From a virus (Duplodnaviria > Caudoviricetes), in IMG/VR virus record IMGVR_UViG_3300025000_000126, positions 1-56,051 of that record: a stretch of 56,051 nt of DNA, one strand, 5' to 3'. Both the position numbers and the translations under genes were made by a program. Numbering within the stretch: position 1 is the first letter of the stretch; each line of letters begins with the position of its first letter. The notes below the pieces were generated by a model, which had not been told where the DNA came from, did no database searches, and saw only the letters and a list, made by a program, of their open reading frames with translations. This document shows positions 17,696-26,038 of the stretch, piece by piece.

Positions 17696-17881
17696 ATGAT
17701 AGAATTTTATATACAGAAAGTATACTTTGATAGTATTAGAACTAATGAACACACTACAAGGGGTATATTTCATACTCACTTTGGTGATCATAAAACTTTA
17801 GGTAGCCTAGGTAAATACTATTGGAACTTAAACGCTCAACCTTATAATGTTATGTATAAGTTAAAGGTTAAACCAATGTGA
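17696..17881 (+). CDS. KVKRRL-family microprotein between the polymerase halves
   Basis: ATG 17696; MIEFYIQ...TRGIF...MYKLKVKPM; same frame as track ORF 17615. Confidence 0.75.
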   Translation: MIEFYIQKVYFDSIRTNEHTTRGIFHTHFGDHKTLGSLGKYYWNLNAQPYNVMYKLKVKPM

Positions 17882-19315
17882 ACATACAAGGCCCTTTCAC
17901 CCGTATAGAATACCGAGAAATCAACTTAGACTCCTCCCAGCAGGTTAAGGATTATCTGCTTAGTGTTGGGTGGATACCTACACAGTATAATATTAATAAG
18001 GAGACTAGAGAACCTACAAGCCCTAAACTGACAGAAGATTCCTTCAGTAGTATTAAGGATGATACAGGAATCTTACTCGCTAAGAGGGCTATCTTAGTAC
18101 ATAGACGTAGACAGATAGAGAATTACAAAGACCCAGAGAATAAGGGTCTGTTAGCTTACGTAAGGGATGATGGTAGGATACCTGCTGCTGGTATTACATG
18201 TGCTACTCCAACCGGAAGAACAACTCACAGAATTTGTGTGAACATTCCGAAGGCAGACCCTAAGATCCTACTAGGGAAAGAGATGAGGGAGTTGTTCATC
18301 TGCCTCCCCCCTTACAAGATGGTTGGGTGTGATTTAGCTGCTATAGAGAATAGATTACTTGGACACTTCGTATCACAGTTTGATGGTGGTGCCTACTGGA
18401 ATCATATGAACTCTGTAGAGGACCCGCACCAGTATAATGCAGATCTGTTAGGGTGTTCAAGAAACACTGCGAAGACATGGATCTATGCGTTAAAACACAA
18501 GCGCATATAAAACTCATTGAACTCAGGAAACATCTAAGATCTTATTGACTGTAGGAGTTGTGACCTTTGGTACAGATTATGACGATCCTGATCGAAGCTT
18601 TAATTCTTATTGGTTGTGCTTTAAGAGTTGAAGAACGAGCAACGACTATCCCGTAAGGGAGTACACTCAAGCGAGTGGAAGCGGTGAGATCCAAAAAGCA
18701 TGAATAAACATGCTCGAAAGAATCTACGGTGGTAGATTTAAGTAGTGGACTAATGTCCTATGGATATGATATAGTCTGATCTATATGGAAACATATAGCT
18801 GTCTTTGGACGGGTAGTAATTAGCGACTACTACTGAACACTAATGTTATGTTTGGAGCCTCTGCCAGGAAGCTTGCCAGTATCCTTGGTTGTTCTCTAGA
18901 AGAATCAGAAGAGAAGATGGCAGTATTCTGGGCAGCAAACCCTGGCCTTAAAGGTCTAATAGATTCCTTAGAGAAATACTACAGAAAGAACAAGTGTCTT
19001 GTAGGTCTTGATGGTAGGAGGTTGTCTGTAAGGGGAAGACATAAGTTACTCAACACTCTTATCCAATCCTCTGCTGCTATTATCTTTAAAAGATGGAACC
19101 TTATAGCTAATGCAAGGATCTTGCAGGTTGGTCTAGATGCAACACAGATTATTGCTATGCACGATGAGTATCAATATAGGGTATTAGATGTAGACGTTGA
19201 AGATACTTGCAAAGTATTAGTAGAATCTGCAAGAGATGCTGGGTCTTATTATTCATTAAGAGTTCCTATCGAAGCTGAGTGCAAATACGGAGAAAACTGG
19301 TACGAAACACACTAA
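17878..19315 (+). CDS. DNA polymerase family A, polymerase part; exons 17878-18490 and 18846-19315 (about 360 aa spliced)
   Basis: TPTGR, motif A GCDLAAIENR, motif B RNTAKTWIYA|FMFGA restored by splicing, NTLIQSSAA, and motif C MHDE. Confidence 0.92.
18491..18845 (+). mobile_element. Group I intron without an ORF (355 nt) in polymerase motif B
   Basis: P1 TATGCGT/GCGCATA places a U-G pair at the 5' splice site. Core elements include R (GCAACGACTA) and S (GATATAGTCT), which form P7. The terminal G is at 18845, and splicing restores the frame. Confidence 0.92.
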
Positions 19316-19356
19316 TATTAAAGGAGAGTTTATTCTCTTTGGTTCTACTTTAAGGA

Positions 19357-19560
19357 GTGGAAATGAATCTTAAAAGATATAACCTATTTATAGGTGACGA
19401 GTATATAGATTTTGAAGTAAATAAAGAAGAAAGTTCTGAAGGAGAGTGGGTATATTACCCAGACCTTTCAGAACTCTTCACCAGAATTGAATGGCTTGAG
19501 AAAGAACTTACTAACACTAACGCAAAGATCATTAAGGCGAGGGAATGTCTGACAAAATAA
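19357..19560 (+). CDS. Hypothetical protein
   Basis: AAGGAG RBS; GEWVYY..L motif with a coiled C-terminus. The start may be the downstream ATG. Confidence 0.7.
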   Translation: MEMNLKRYNLFIGDEYIDFEVNKEESSEGEWVYYPDLSELFTRIEWLEKELTNTNAKIIKARECLTK

Positions 19561-20069
19561 AAGAAATGGTAGAGGCTCACTGGTCTCTGATAGGTGTAGT
19601 AGTACGGTCATTCCTGAAGCAAAGGAAGTACTCTAGGTTTGAACAACATAAAGAAGACCTAATGGGTGTAGCTTCTATAGCCCTTGTAGAAGCAGCAGAA
19701 CGCTATGATCCTAATAGGTTAGTACTCTTCAGGACATATGCATCTGCAAGGATGAGAGGGAAGATGCAGAAGGAGATAGCTAAGATAGTAGAGAAGGAGC
19801 ACAACGAAGTATATATAGCAGATTGTGGGGAGAGAGACCGTGAAGAGTTCTCTACTCCTGATTTCACTAAACTACTTATTGATGGAGATGAGAATGACAC
19901 AGGACTCATAGAGAGGTTAGAGCCTAAAGATCCCTTTGAGAAAGAGGTGTACTGGAGGTGCATCATTGGTAATGAGGGAGTGAGGTCTGCAGGGAAAGCT
20001 CTTCGTTCAGGACATAAGAAAGTAACTGATACTAAACAAGCACTTTTAAAACGATTTAAAGGAGAATAA
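19545..20069 (+). CDS. Sigma-70 family RNA polymerase sigma factor
   Basis: Region 2 motif EDLMGVASIALVEAAERYDPNRLVLFRTYASARMRG, and a degenerate region-4-like HTH at the C-terminus. Confidence 0.85.
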   Translation: MSDKIKEMVEAHWSLIGVVVRSFLKQRKYSRFEQHKEDLMGVASIALVEAAERYDPNRLVLFRTYASARMRGKMQKEIAKIVEKEHNEVYIADCGERDREEFSTPDFTKLLIDGDENDTGLIERLEPKDPFEKEVYWRCIIGNEGVRSAGKALRSGHKKVTDTKQALLKRFKGE

Positions 20070-20150
20070 CATCAGTCTTTATATCTAGAAACAATATTAG
20101 AACGCAAATATAAAATAGAAAAATACTTAAAACAATAGGAGAATATAACT

Positions 20151-20624
20151 ATGCCTTTATGCCGTGGTCGTGCTTTTTGGTCGTTCACTCAGAAACCTGA
20201 TGTTAAATTTGAACCTGTCTATCGTATCACTATCCAGATGGAAGATGATGAAGCAGCTAAGTTGAAAGCTGTAGGGCTTAAAGTACGAAGAAATGATGAT
20301 GGTATCTTCGAGTATAAGTTCAAACGTAACGTAACTAACAAGAAGACAGGAGAACCTAACCCTGCACCTAAGCAGGTAGATGCAAACAGAGAACCTATGA
20401 CAGCAATCATAGGTAATGGGTCTGATGTAGTAGTACAGTACGCTACATATAACTGGGAGTACAAAGGTAAGAAAGGAACTAACGCTGACTTCCAAGCAGT
20501 ACAGGTAATTAACCTTGTGCCTTATGGTGATGGTAAGACAAGTGAAAGGTTGCCTGACGGGGAAGAGTTCGGTCAGGTTGCTGAGCCTGGAGGAATTACT
20601 CCTACTACGGTAGATGAATACTAA
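20151..20624 (+). CDS. Single-stranded DNA-binding protein (T7 gp2.5-like)
   Basis: IGNGSDV, FQAVQVINLVPY, and an acidic C-terminus ending in an aromatic residue. Confidence 0.85.
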   Translation: MPLCRGRAFWSFTQKPDVKFEPVYRITIQMEDDEAAKLKAVGLKVRRNDDGIFEYKFKRNVTNKKTGEPNPAPKQVDANREPMTAIIGNGSDVVVQYATYNWEYKGKKGTNADFQAVQVINLVPYGDGKTSERLPDGEEFGQVAEPGGITPTTVDEY

Positions 20625-20889
20625 TCCTTCAAAAGGTGTGAGGTCTCGATTGTCTCACACCTTTAACTGGTGGTTTAAAGAAGAGCCTAGTGAGGTAAAG
20701 ATGATAGATGTAGATGAACTGAAAGGATTTGAATCTACATATATGAGGTGCTTTAACTATATAAAATGTAGAGGGTGGTATAGAGAGAAAGGAAACTGGT
20801 GCAGTCCTGATGGAAAGTATAGGTTCAATAAGATCGAGGCTGCCTTTAGGTGCTGTAAATTCTATGAGGAAATAGTAAAGCCAACATGA
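20614..20889 (+). CDS. Hypothetical protein
   Basis: ORF overlapping both neighbours; start uncertain. Confidence 0.55.
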   Translation: MNTNPSKGVRSRLSHTFNWWFKEEPSEVKMIDVDELKGFESTYMRCFNYIKCRGWYREKGNWCSPDGKYRFNKIEAAFRCCKFYEEIVKPT

Positions 20890-21692
20890 TAGGGCACATA
20901 GATGGAGACATCATTGTCTATGCAGTAGCGGGTGTCTGTGAGGGTAACAAGTGGGTCTATAAGGGAGAGACATTTGACTCTAAGCTCTTACTGAATCAAG
21001 TCCTTAAAGATGATGGAGTAGATGATAGTTGTATTACACACTACAAGGAACCAGAACCCTGGGAGAAGTGTAGAGACTCTATCATCTCATACCTAGAAGA
21101 AATCATTGAGCATCTTGATTGTGACTACAAGGTGTACCTCTCAGGGAAGGGTAACTTCAGGTATGAGAAGGCTACTATCCAACCTTATAAGGGTAATCGA
21201 GTATCTTTAAGTAAGCCTTTCCACTACGATAGTGCTAGACAACTTCTTGTAGATGTCTACAATGCAGAGGTATCTTCAGGGATAGAGGCTGATGATCTTA
21301 TAGGACTAAGTCATGATCCTGAGAAGGATTGTATAGTTACATTAGATAAGGATCTTAATTGTATTCCTGGTCTTCATTATAACTGGAAGAATAAGCAATG
21401 CTACTGGGTAAAGGAGGTGGATGCTGACAGATCTTTCTACTCACAGGTGCTAACAGGAGATAGTACAGATAATATCTTAGGACTATATGGTGTAGGTGCT
21501 AAGAGTGCTGCGGTTAAACAGGTATCCTCACAGAGTTCTGACAGGGAAATGTTTGACACAGTACGTAAAGAATATCAGTCAAGGTTTGGTTCGTATTGGA
21601 AACAGTTTATGTCAGAGAACTGTGAGCTGTTGTGGATCTTACAGAAGAGAGAACCTTCATGGAGGAAATATATTGAGCAGGAAGAAAATTAA
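20886..21692 (+). CDS. 5'-3' exonuclease (T7 gp6/FEN-like)
   Basis: IDGD, YKGNR, EADD, DKDL and LTGDSTDNILGLYGVG motifs. Confidence 0.93.
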   Translation: MIGHIDGDIIVYAVAGVCEGNKWVYKGETFDSKLLLNQVLKDDGVDDSCITHYKEPEPWEKCRDSIISYLEEIIEHLDCDYKVYLSGKGNFRYEKATIQPYKGNRVSLSKPFHYDSARQLLVDVYNAEVSSGIEADDLIGLSHDPEKDCIVTLDKDLNCIPGLHYNWKNKQCYWVKEVDADRSFYSQVLTGDSTDNILGLYGVGAKSAAVKQVSSQSSDREMFDTVRKEYQSRFGSYWKQFMSENCELLWILQKREPSWRKYIEQEEN

Positions 21693-22131
21693 TCCATTTA
21701 AAAGTACACTAGAACATAAGATTGCTACAAGGGTACTGACAGAATATCTCTATGAACCTAAAGGATCTGGTATAGAATATACAGTACCTCATGTATATAA
21801 CCCTGACTTCATACACCCGCAGCAGCCTGATATTATTATAGAAGTGAAAGGTTACTTCATTAAGGGTCATTCAGATTGCCAGAAATATATTGCAGTAGCT
21901 AGAGATAATCCAGATAAGGAGCTTGTATTTATCTTCAGCGATCCTGATAAGAAGGCTTATGGGCAGTGTCGGGAGAGGAAGGATGGGACCTTTATGACAC
22001 TTGCAGAATGGAGTAGAAAGAATAACTTCCTATATTTCCATGCTGATAAGGTGCCTAGAGATCTCTGTAAGGGGAGATGGAATATAGATCAGGTTAGAGA
22101 ATATAAAAATAAATTCTATGGGAGATCTTAA
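21673..22131 (+). CDS. Endonuclease I-like resolvase (T7 gp3-like)
   Basis: FKSTLE, YNPDF and IIEVKG motifs; probable TTG start at 21673 after GGAGG. Confidence 0.85.
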   Translation: MSRKKINPFKSTLEHKIATRVLTEYLYEPKGSGIEYTVPHVYNPDFIHPQQPDIIIEVKGYFIKGHSDCQKYIAVARDNPDKELVFIFSDPDKKAYGQCRERKDGTFMTLAEWSRKNNFLYFHADKVPRDLCKGRWNIDQVREYKNKFYGRS

Positions 22132-22661
22132 TGGATTATGAAAGATTAAAAGAAGTTTTGGAGTATAATCCAGACACTGGAGTATTCACTTGGATAGTTA
22201 AAAAAACTTATAAACGTGACAAAGGTAGTAAGGCTGGTAAAGTGCATAGTGCGGGTTATATCTCTATAGGAATAGATGGGAAGCAATACCTTGCTCATAG
22301 ATTAGCTTGGCTTTTCTATTATGGTTATCTACCAGAAAATTGTATAGATCATATTAATGGTAGTAAGACAGATAATAGTATACATAATTTAAGAGAGGTA
22401 TCAAAATCTTGTAATGCTTTTAATTCAAAGATAAATGTGCTAAATAAATCAGGAATAAAAGGTATTTCCTTAGATACAGAAAGGAATAAATATGTTGTCA
22501 GGTTTAAAAATAAAAATAGATATCTTTTTATAGGCAGATTTGATGACCTTATTGAAGCTACAGCTCATCGGTTAGCAATAGAACAGTGTACTGGTACAGA
22601 AGTTTGTGAGAGATCTCCAGCTTTTGCATGTATAGAAAATTATAGGAGAAGAAACTATTGA
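22131..22661 (+). CDS. Free-standing HNH homing endonuclease with AP2-like C-terminus
   Basis: YLAHRLAW, IDHINGSKTDNSIHNLRE and NKSGIKGI motifs; AT-rich relative to its neighbours. Confidence 0.92.
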   Translation: MDYERLKEVLEYNPDTGVFTWIVKKTYKRDKGSKAGKVHSAGYISIGIDGKQYLAHRLAWLFYYGYLPENCIDHINGSKTDNSIHNLREVSKSCNAFNSKINVLNKSGIKGISLDTERNKYVVRFKNKNRYLFIGRFDDLIEATAHRLAIEQCTGTEVCERSPAFACIENYRRRNY

Positions 22662-23341
22662 AGGGGTTTGAAAACCGCAGGGTGCTCTTATTTTCAGACA
22701 CACATGCGCCATACCATCATAAAAATACATTAGACTTTCTTACTGAAGTGAAGGAAGAATTTAATCCTGATAGAGTATTCCATCTAGGAGATCTTGGAGA
22801 TATTTATAATGTTTCAGATTATCCTAAGAGTCTTGATCACCCTCATACATGGAAGGACGAGATAAAGCGTTTGAGAAAGTTTACTACAAACCTTGCAAAT
22901 ATTTTTCCTCACATGATTTTATTAGATTCAAACCATGACTCTAGAATTTACAAGAAGTCTAGAGTGTCTGGAATACCTAGAGAAGCTATGCTAAGTTATC
23001 TCGAAGTTATAGGAGCACCTGACACCTGGAAATCAGTAAGGAATGCTAGGTTTAGGGCAGAGAAAAATAAAAAACATTGGCTATTAATGCACACTGTCAG
23101 TGGCGGGTGTGTAACAGCAGCAAAGCAGTTGGCTATCAATGTAGCAGTAGGACACAGCCACACAAAGTTTGGTATGCAAGCATTTGATAACGGAACTAAT
23201 GTTTTTTATGGTGTAGATACTGGTTGTCTAATATCAGACGAAGGTCCATCATTTGCTTACAATAAGACCCAACTTGGAAGACCTATAAGGGGTTGTTGTA
23301 TTATCCTTGATGGTATTCCTAGACTTATACCTATGGATTAA
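22658..23341 (+). CDS. Calcineurin-like metallophosphoesterase
   Basis: SDTH, LGDLGD, SNHD and GHSH motifs. Confidence 0.9.
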   Translation: MKGFENRRVLLFSDTHAPYHHKNTLDFLTEVKEEFNPDRVFHLGDLGDIYNVSDYPKSLDHPHTWKDEIKRLRKFTTNLANIFPHMILLDSNHDSRIYKKSRVSGIPREAMLSYLEVIGAPDTWKSVRNARFRAEKNKKHWLLMHTVSGGCVTAAKQLAINVAVGHSHTKFGMQAFDNGTNVFYGVDTGCLISDEGPSFAYNKTQLGRPIRGCCIILDGIPRLIPMD

Positions 23342-23343
23342 CT

Positions 23344-23505
23344 ATGACTACAGAACAGTACGAGAAGATACTGGAATACATGGACTCTATTGTAGATCTC
23401 TCAGAGGAATACGGATTCAATGGTGGAGACTACTACGATCAGAGGGAAGAAGTAGTGAAAGAATTTCAGAAGTATTTGATGAGTATCGTTAAGGAGACTA
23501 AATGA
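23344..23505 (+). CDS. Small acidic hypothetical protein (53 aa)
   Basis: MTTEQYEKILEYMD...; coupled to the next gene by ATGA. Confidence 0.6.
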   Translation: MTTEQYEKILEYMDSIVDLSEEYGFNGGDYYDQREEVVKEFQKYLMSIVKETK

Positions 23506-23672
23506 ATTTGAGTCCTGATTACTGGTTGATCTGGGTTGAACGAGTACCTAACCGTAAATTCTCTACTAAGTTTAAGTCATTGGAAGATCTTAATGATTTC
23601 CTTAAAGTACTACGAGCAGATAACATAGAATCTGTAGAGGTCATCTCAGGGTTCTGTCTGGAGAAACGATGA
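23502..23672 (+). CDS. Small hypothetical protein (56 aa)
   Basis: AAGGAG RBS; MNLSPDYWLIWVE... Confidence 0.6.
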   Translation: MNLSPDYWLIWVERVPNRKFSTKFKSLEDLNDFLKVLRADNIESVEVISGFCLEKR

Positions 23673-23678
23673 ATCCTT

Positions 23679-23894
23679 ATGGGGTTTAAAGGGTACACAG
23701 GAGTTACAATACATATCATTAAGGATATCCCTATGAGGGTAGACTATTTCGCTCTCTGTCAGAGTGGTAACTCTTTTACTCTATACAAGAAAGACTTTGT
23801 AGATAGTAACCTTGATGGTCTAATGAATCAGATGGAAGAAACTAATAAGTATATTTACTGGTGGAACTCACACCTTCTTGATCAAGGAGATTAA
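23679..23894 (+). CDS. Hypothetical protein
   Basis: 71-aa ORF ending just before thyX. Confidence 0.6.
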   Translation: MGFKGYTGVTIHIIKDIPMRVDYFALCQSGNSFTLYKKDFVDSNLDGLMNQMEETNKYIYWWNSHLLDQGD

Positions 23895-24422
23895 ATGGAA
23901 GTAAGGATTCTAAAAGAGTCAGGATTTGAAGAGGCAATGCTTGGTCTCTCACTAAGTTATAATAAACCTGTAGACCTTATGCCTACAGTCGCTGAGAAGT
24001 TAGCACCTATAGGGGTAGGACATAATAAGTTCCTTGAGAGTATGTGTGTGTGGATAGATATCAGAGCACCTTTGGATTTTTGGATTCAGTACGATACCTA
24101 CAGGATCTCTATGTCTAAGCAATCAGAGAGTACTATGCACACCTTGAAGAGGCGTAGACTGAAGCAGGAAGACTTCGAGGATGGTATCGATGTAGCTTAC
24201 TTAGCACATCTTAATAGTTGTATTGATGGTAATATCCCTATAGATGTCTTGAAGAAGAAGCTTCCTTGTGGATTCTTACAACGAAGAATAGTATGCACTA
24301 ACTATAAAACCTTGCAGAATATTATCAGACAAAGAAGTAAGCATAAGCTACCACAATGGCAAGTGTTCTGTGAGGCTATGAAGTCCTTAGAACACTACAG
24401 TATGATTAGTGTAGATGAGTGA
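23895..24422 (+). CDS. FAD-dependent thymidylate synthase (ThyX)-like protein
   Basis: GHNKFLES, FWIQYDTYR, SESTMH, NYKTL and QRSKHKLPQWQVFC motifs typical of short phage Thy1-like proteins. Confidence 0.75.
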   Translation: MEVRILKESGFEEAMLGLSLSYNKPVDLMPTVAEKLAPIGVGHNKFLESMCVWIDIRAPLDFWIQYDTYRISMSKQSESTMHTLKRRRLKQEDFEDGIDVAYLAHLNSCIDGNIPIDVLKKKLPCGFLQRRIVCTNYKTLQNIIRQRSKHKLPQWQVFCEAMKSLEHYSMISVDE

Positions 24423-24669
24423 TATCTTCACTACCCTTTCAGCATCTTGCCCACTCTGTGATGGGCCTGTAGGGATCATATCAGATCAAGGAGATGGTAA
24501 GGAATATAGGATTGATCAGAGACCACTACCTCCTATGCTAGCTTTATCCTTACATGGTATCTTCATACAGTGTAAGGGTTGTGGTGTTATCCTTAAGTAC
24601 CAAGCAGACTTCCTTGGTGGTCTATGTCTTATTAACTCAGATGATGGAGTAGATAGTGATAAACATTAA
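24415..24669 (+). CDS. Zinc-ribbon hypothetical protein
   Basis: CPLC...CKGC. Confidence 0.7.
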   Translation: MSDIFTTLSASCPLCDGPVGIISDQGDGKEYRIDQRPLPPMLALSLHGIFIQCKGCGVILKYQADFLGGLCLINSDDGVDSDKH

Positions 24670-25078
24670 GTTGCTTAATGAAGATGCTAAGATTCCTACA
24701 AGGGCTACTAATGGATCTGCTGCCTTTGACTTGTACTCAACTGAGGATATCTTGATTATTCCAGAGACCAGTGAGATTGTAAGTACTGGTATAGCACTTG
24801 AGATTCCTCAAGGGTGGTTTGGTTTACTGTCTCACAGATCCTCACTGGCTTTTAAGTTGGACTGTGTAGCATCTCTCGGATTCATTGATGCAGACTATAG
24901 AGGGGAGGTGAAGATCAAGTTATTCAACCATGGGTATGAAGGAGTACAGATAAAGAAGGGAGATAGAGTAGCTCAGATAGCTTTTATTCAGAGCTATCAG
25001 GGTTCTGATATCCATGTAGTATCAGAGCTTACAGATACTCACAGGGGGGAAGGAGGGTTTGGAAGTACAGGAGATTAA
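24656..25078 (+). CDS. dut: dUTPase (trimeric type)
   Basis: GSAAFDL, RSSLA, GFIDADYRGE, GDRVAQ and RGEGGFGSTG motifs. Confidence 0.97.
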   Translation: MINIKLLNEDAKIPTRATNGSAAFDLYSTEDILIIPETSEIVSTGIALEIPQGWFGLLSHRSSLAFKLDCVASLGFIDADYRGEVKIKLFNHGYEGVQIKKGDRVAQIAFIQSYQGSDIHVVSELTDTHRGEGGFGSTGD

Positions 25079-25259
25079 GAAATATAACTTCTGCTCTGCG
25101 TTTGACTGCCTAGTGCGTACATGCTCAAGACACTGTTGTCATTACAGGAAGAGGTGGTTGTATGATACGCACTGGCAGAATCACTCAGAGACCTGTGGGA
25201 TGTACAGATCCTTTAAGAAGTGGGAAACAATATATGAACCATATAGTGAGGAACCTTAA
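25059..25259 (+). CDS. Small Cys/His-rich hypothetical protein
   Basis: ORF bridging dut and the next gene. Confidence 0.5.
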   Translation: MEVQEIKKYNFCSAFDCLVRTCSRHCCHYRKRWLYDTHWQNHSETCGMYRSFKKWETIYEPYSEEP

Positions 25260-25423
25260 TGGATTCAACAGGCGTCTTAATAAGTAAAGAAGAATATCAA
25301 GACTTATTGGAATGTAAGTTGTGGGTAGAGGCACTCTCGGCAACTGGTGTTGATAGTTGGGAAGGGTATGAAGAAGCGTGTAAACTTCTTCAAGAAATGA
25401 TTAAGGAAGGGGTGGATGCATGA
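25259..25423 (+). CDS. Small phage hypothetical protein (54 aa)
   Basis: ISKEEYQDL...ALSATGVDSWEGY, a motif type common in phage small proteins. Confidence 0.7.
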   Translation: MDSTGVLISKEEYQDLLECKLWVEALSATGVDSWEGYEEACKLLQEMIKEGVDA

Positions 25424-25547
25424 AAGATAAGACACTAATCAATATGCTGGAGAGAGAGCTTGCAAAGATCTATGATAAGATAGAGTTTCTCTTATCTAAG
25501 ATTGAGGTGCATGGAGAAGAACCTGATGAGGATGATGAGGAAGACTG

Positions 25548-25787
25548 ATGCCACTGTATGAATATTTTTGCAAGGTGTGCTCTAAGACATGGGAAGAAAA
25601 CCAACCAGTTGATCTAAGAGATCTTCCAACTACCCTACCTTGTCCATCTTGTAGTAAATACGAGATATCCAGAATGGTTGGCTGTGCAGGGTTTAGGCTG
25701 AAAGGGTTCTGCTGGAGTAGGGATAACTATAGTAGACTTCTAGGGGATGATCCAAGGGGAGTCTTTGCACAACAGAAGGATGAATAA
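25548..25787 (+). CDS. FmdB-family zinc-ribbon protein
   Basis: MPLYEYFCKVC...CPSC...GFRLKGFCW. Confidence 0.85.
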   Translation: MPLYEYFCKVCSKTWEENQPVDLRDLPTTLPCPSCSKYEISRMVGCAGFRLKGFCWSRDNYSRLLGDDPRGVFAQQKDE

Positions 25788-25792
25788 ATAAG

Positions 25793-26038
25793 ATGCCAAC
25801 CTTTAGAAGATGTACTGAGTCAGATAGAGGAGGATGGGTTGAAGAAGCTATTAGGATATCTAGAAATCTATACCATACATATGAAGTAAGTACAGAACCG
25901 TTTATTATTCACACAAATCCTCACACTCATTCTAGAGTAAGTAGGGTGCTTCGAGAGATGGAAGTAGTAGTTGATAAAAGAATATCTAACCTCTACATGC
26001 TTGCAGCAAAGGAGAAAGAGATCCGTGACAAGTCCTAA
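25793..26038 (+). CDS. Hypothetical protein
   Basis: 81-aa ORF within the operon. Confidence 0.6.
   Translation: MPTFRRCTESDRGGWVEEAIRISRNLYHTYEVSTEPFIIHTNPHTHSRVSRVLREMEVVVDKRISNLYMLAAKEKEIRDKS

Noticed and set aside
8113-17881. Diversity-generating retroelement or integron as the source of the microgene family
   Set aside because: No reverse transcriptase, no template/variable repeat pair differing at adenines, and no tyrosine recombinase are visible.
17363-17881. Second self-splicing intron or intein between the polymerase halves
   Set aside because: No group I or II core elements or intein blocks were seen; the interval is fully tiled by three coupled ORFs.
8113-17881. Alternative genetic code (stop readthrough) joining the small ORFs
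   Set aside because: Adjacent small ORFs mostly lie in different frames with ATGA/TAATG overlaps and their own RBS, and the long core genes read normally in code 11.
18491-18510. Polymerase pseudogene or premature stop (…IYALKHKRI*)
   Set aside because: Explained by the group I intron; splicing restores motif B and the frame.
20078-20092. TATATCTAG-like phage sigma promoter motif (also near 54610 on the minus strand)
   Set aside because: Only two clear copies in an AT-rich genome; cannot be supported without motif statistics.
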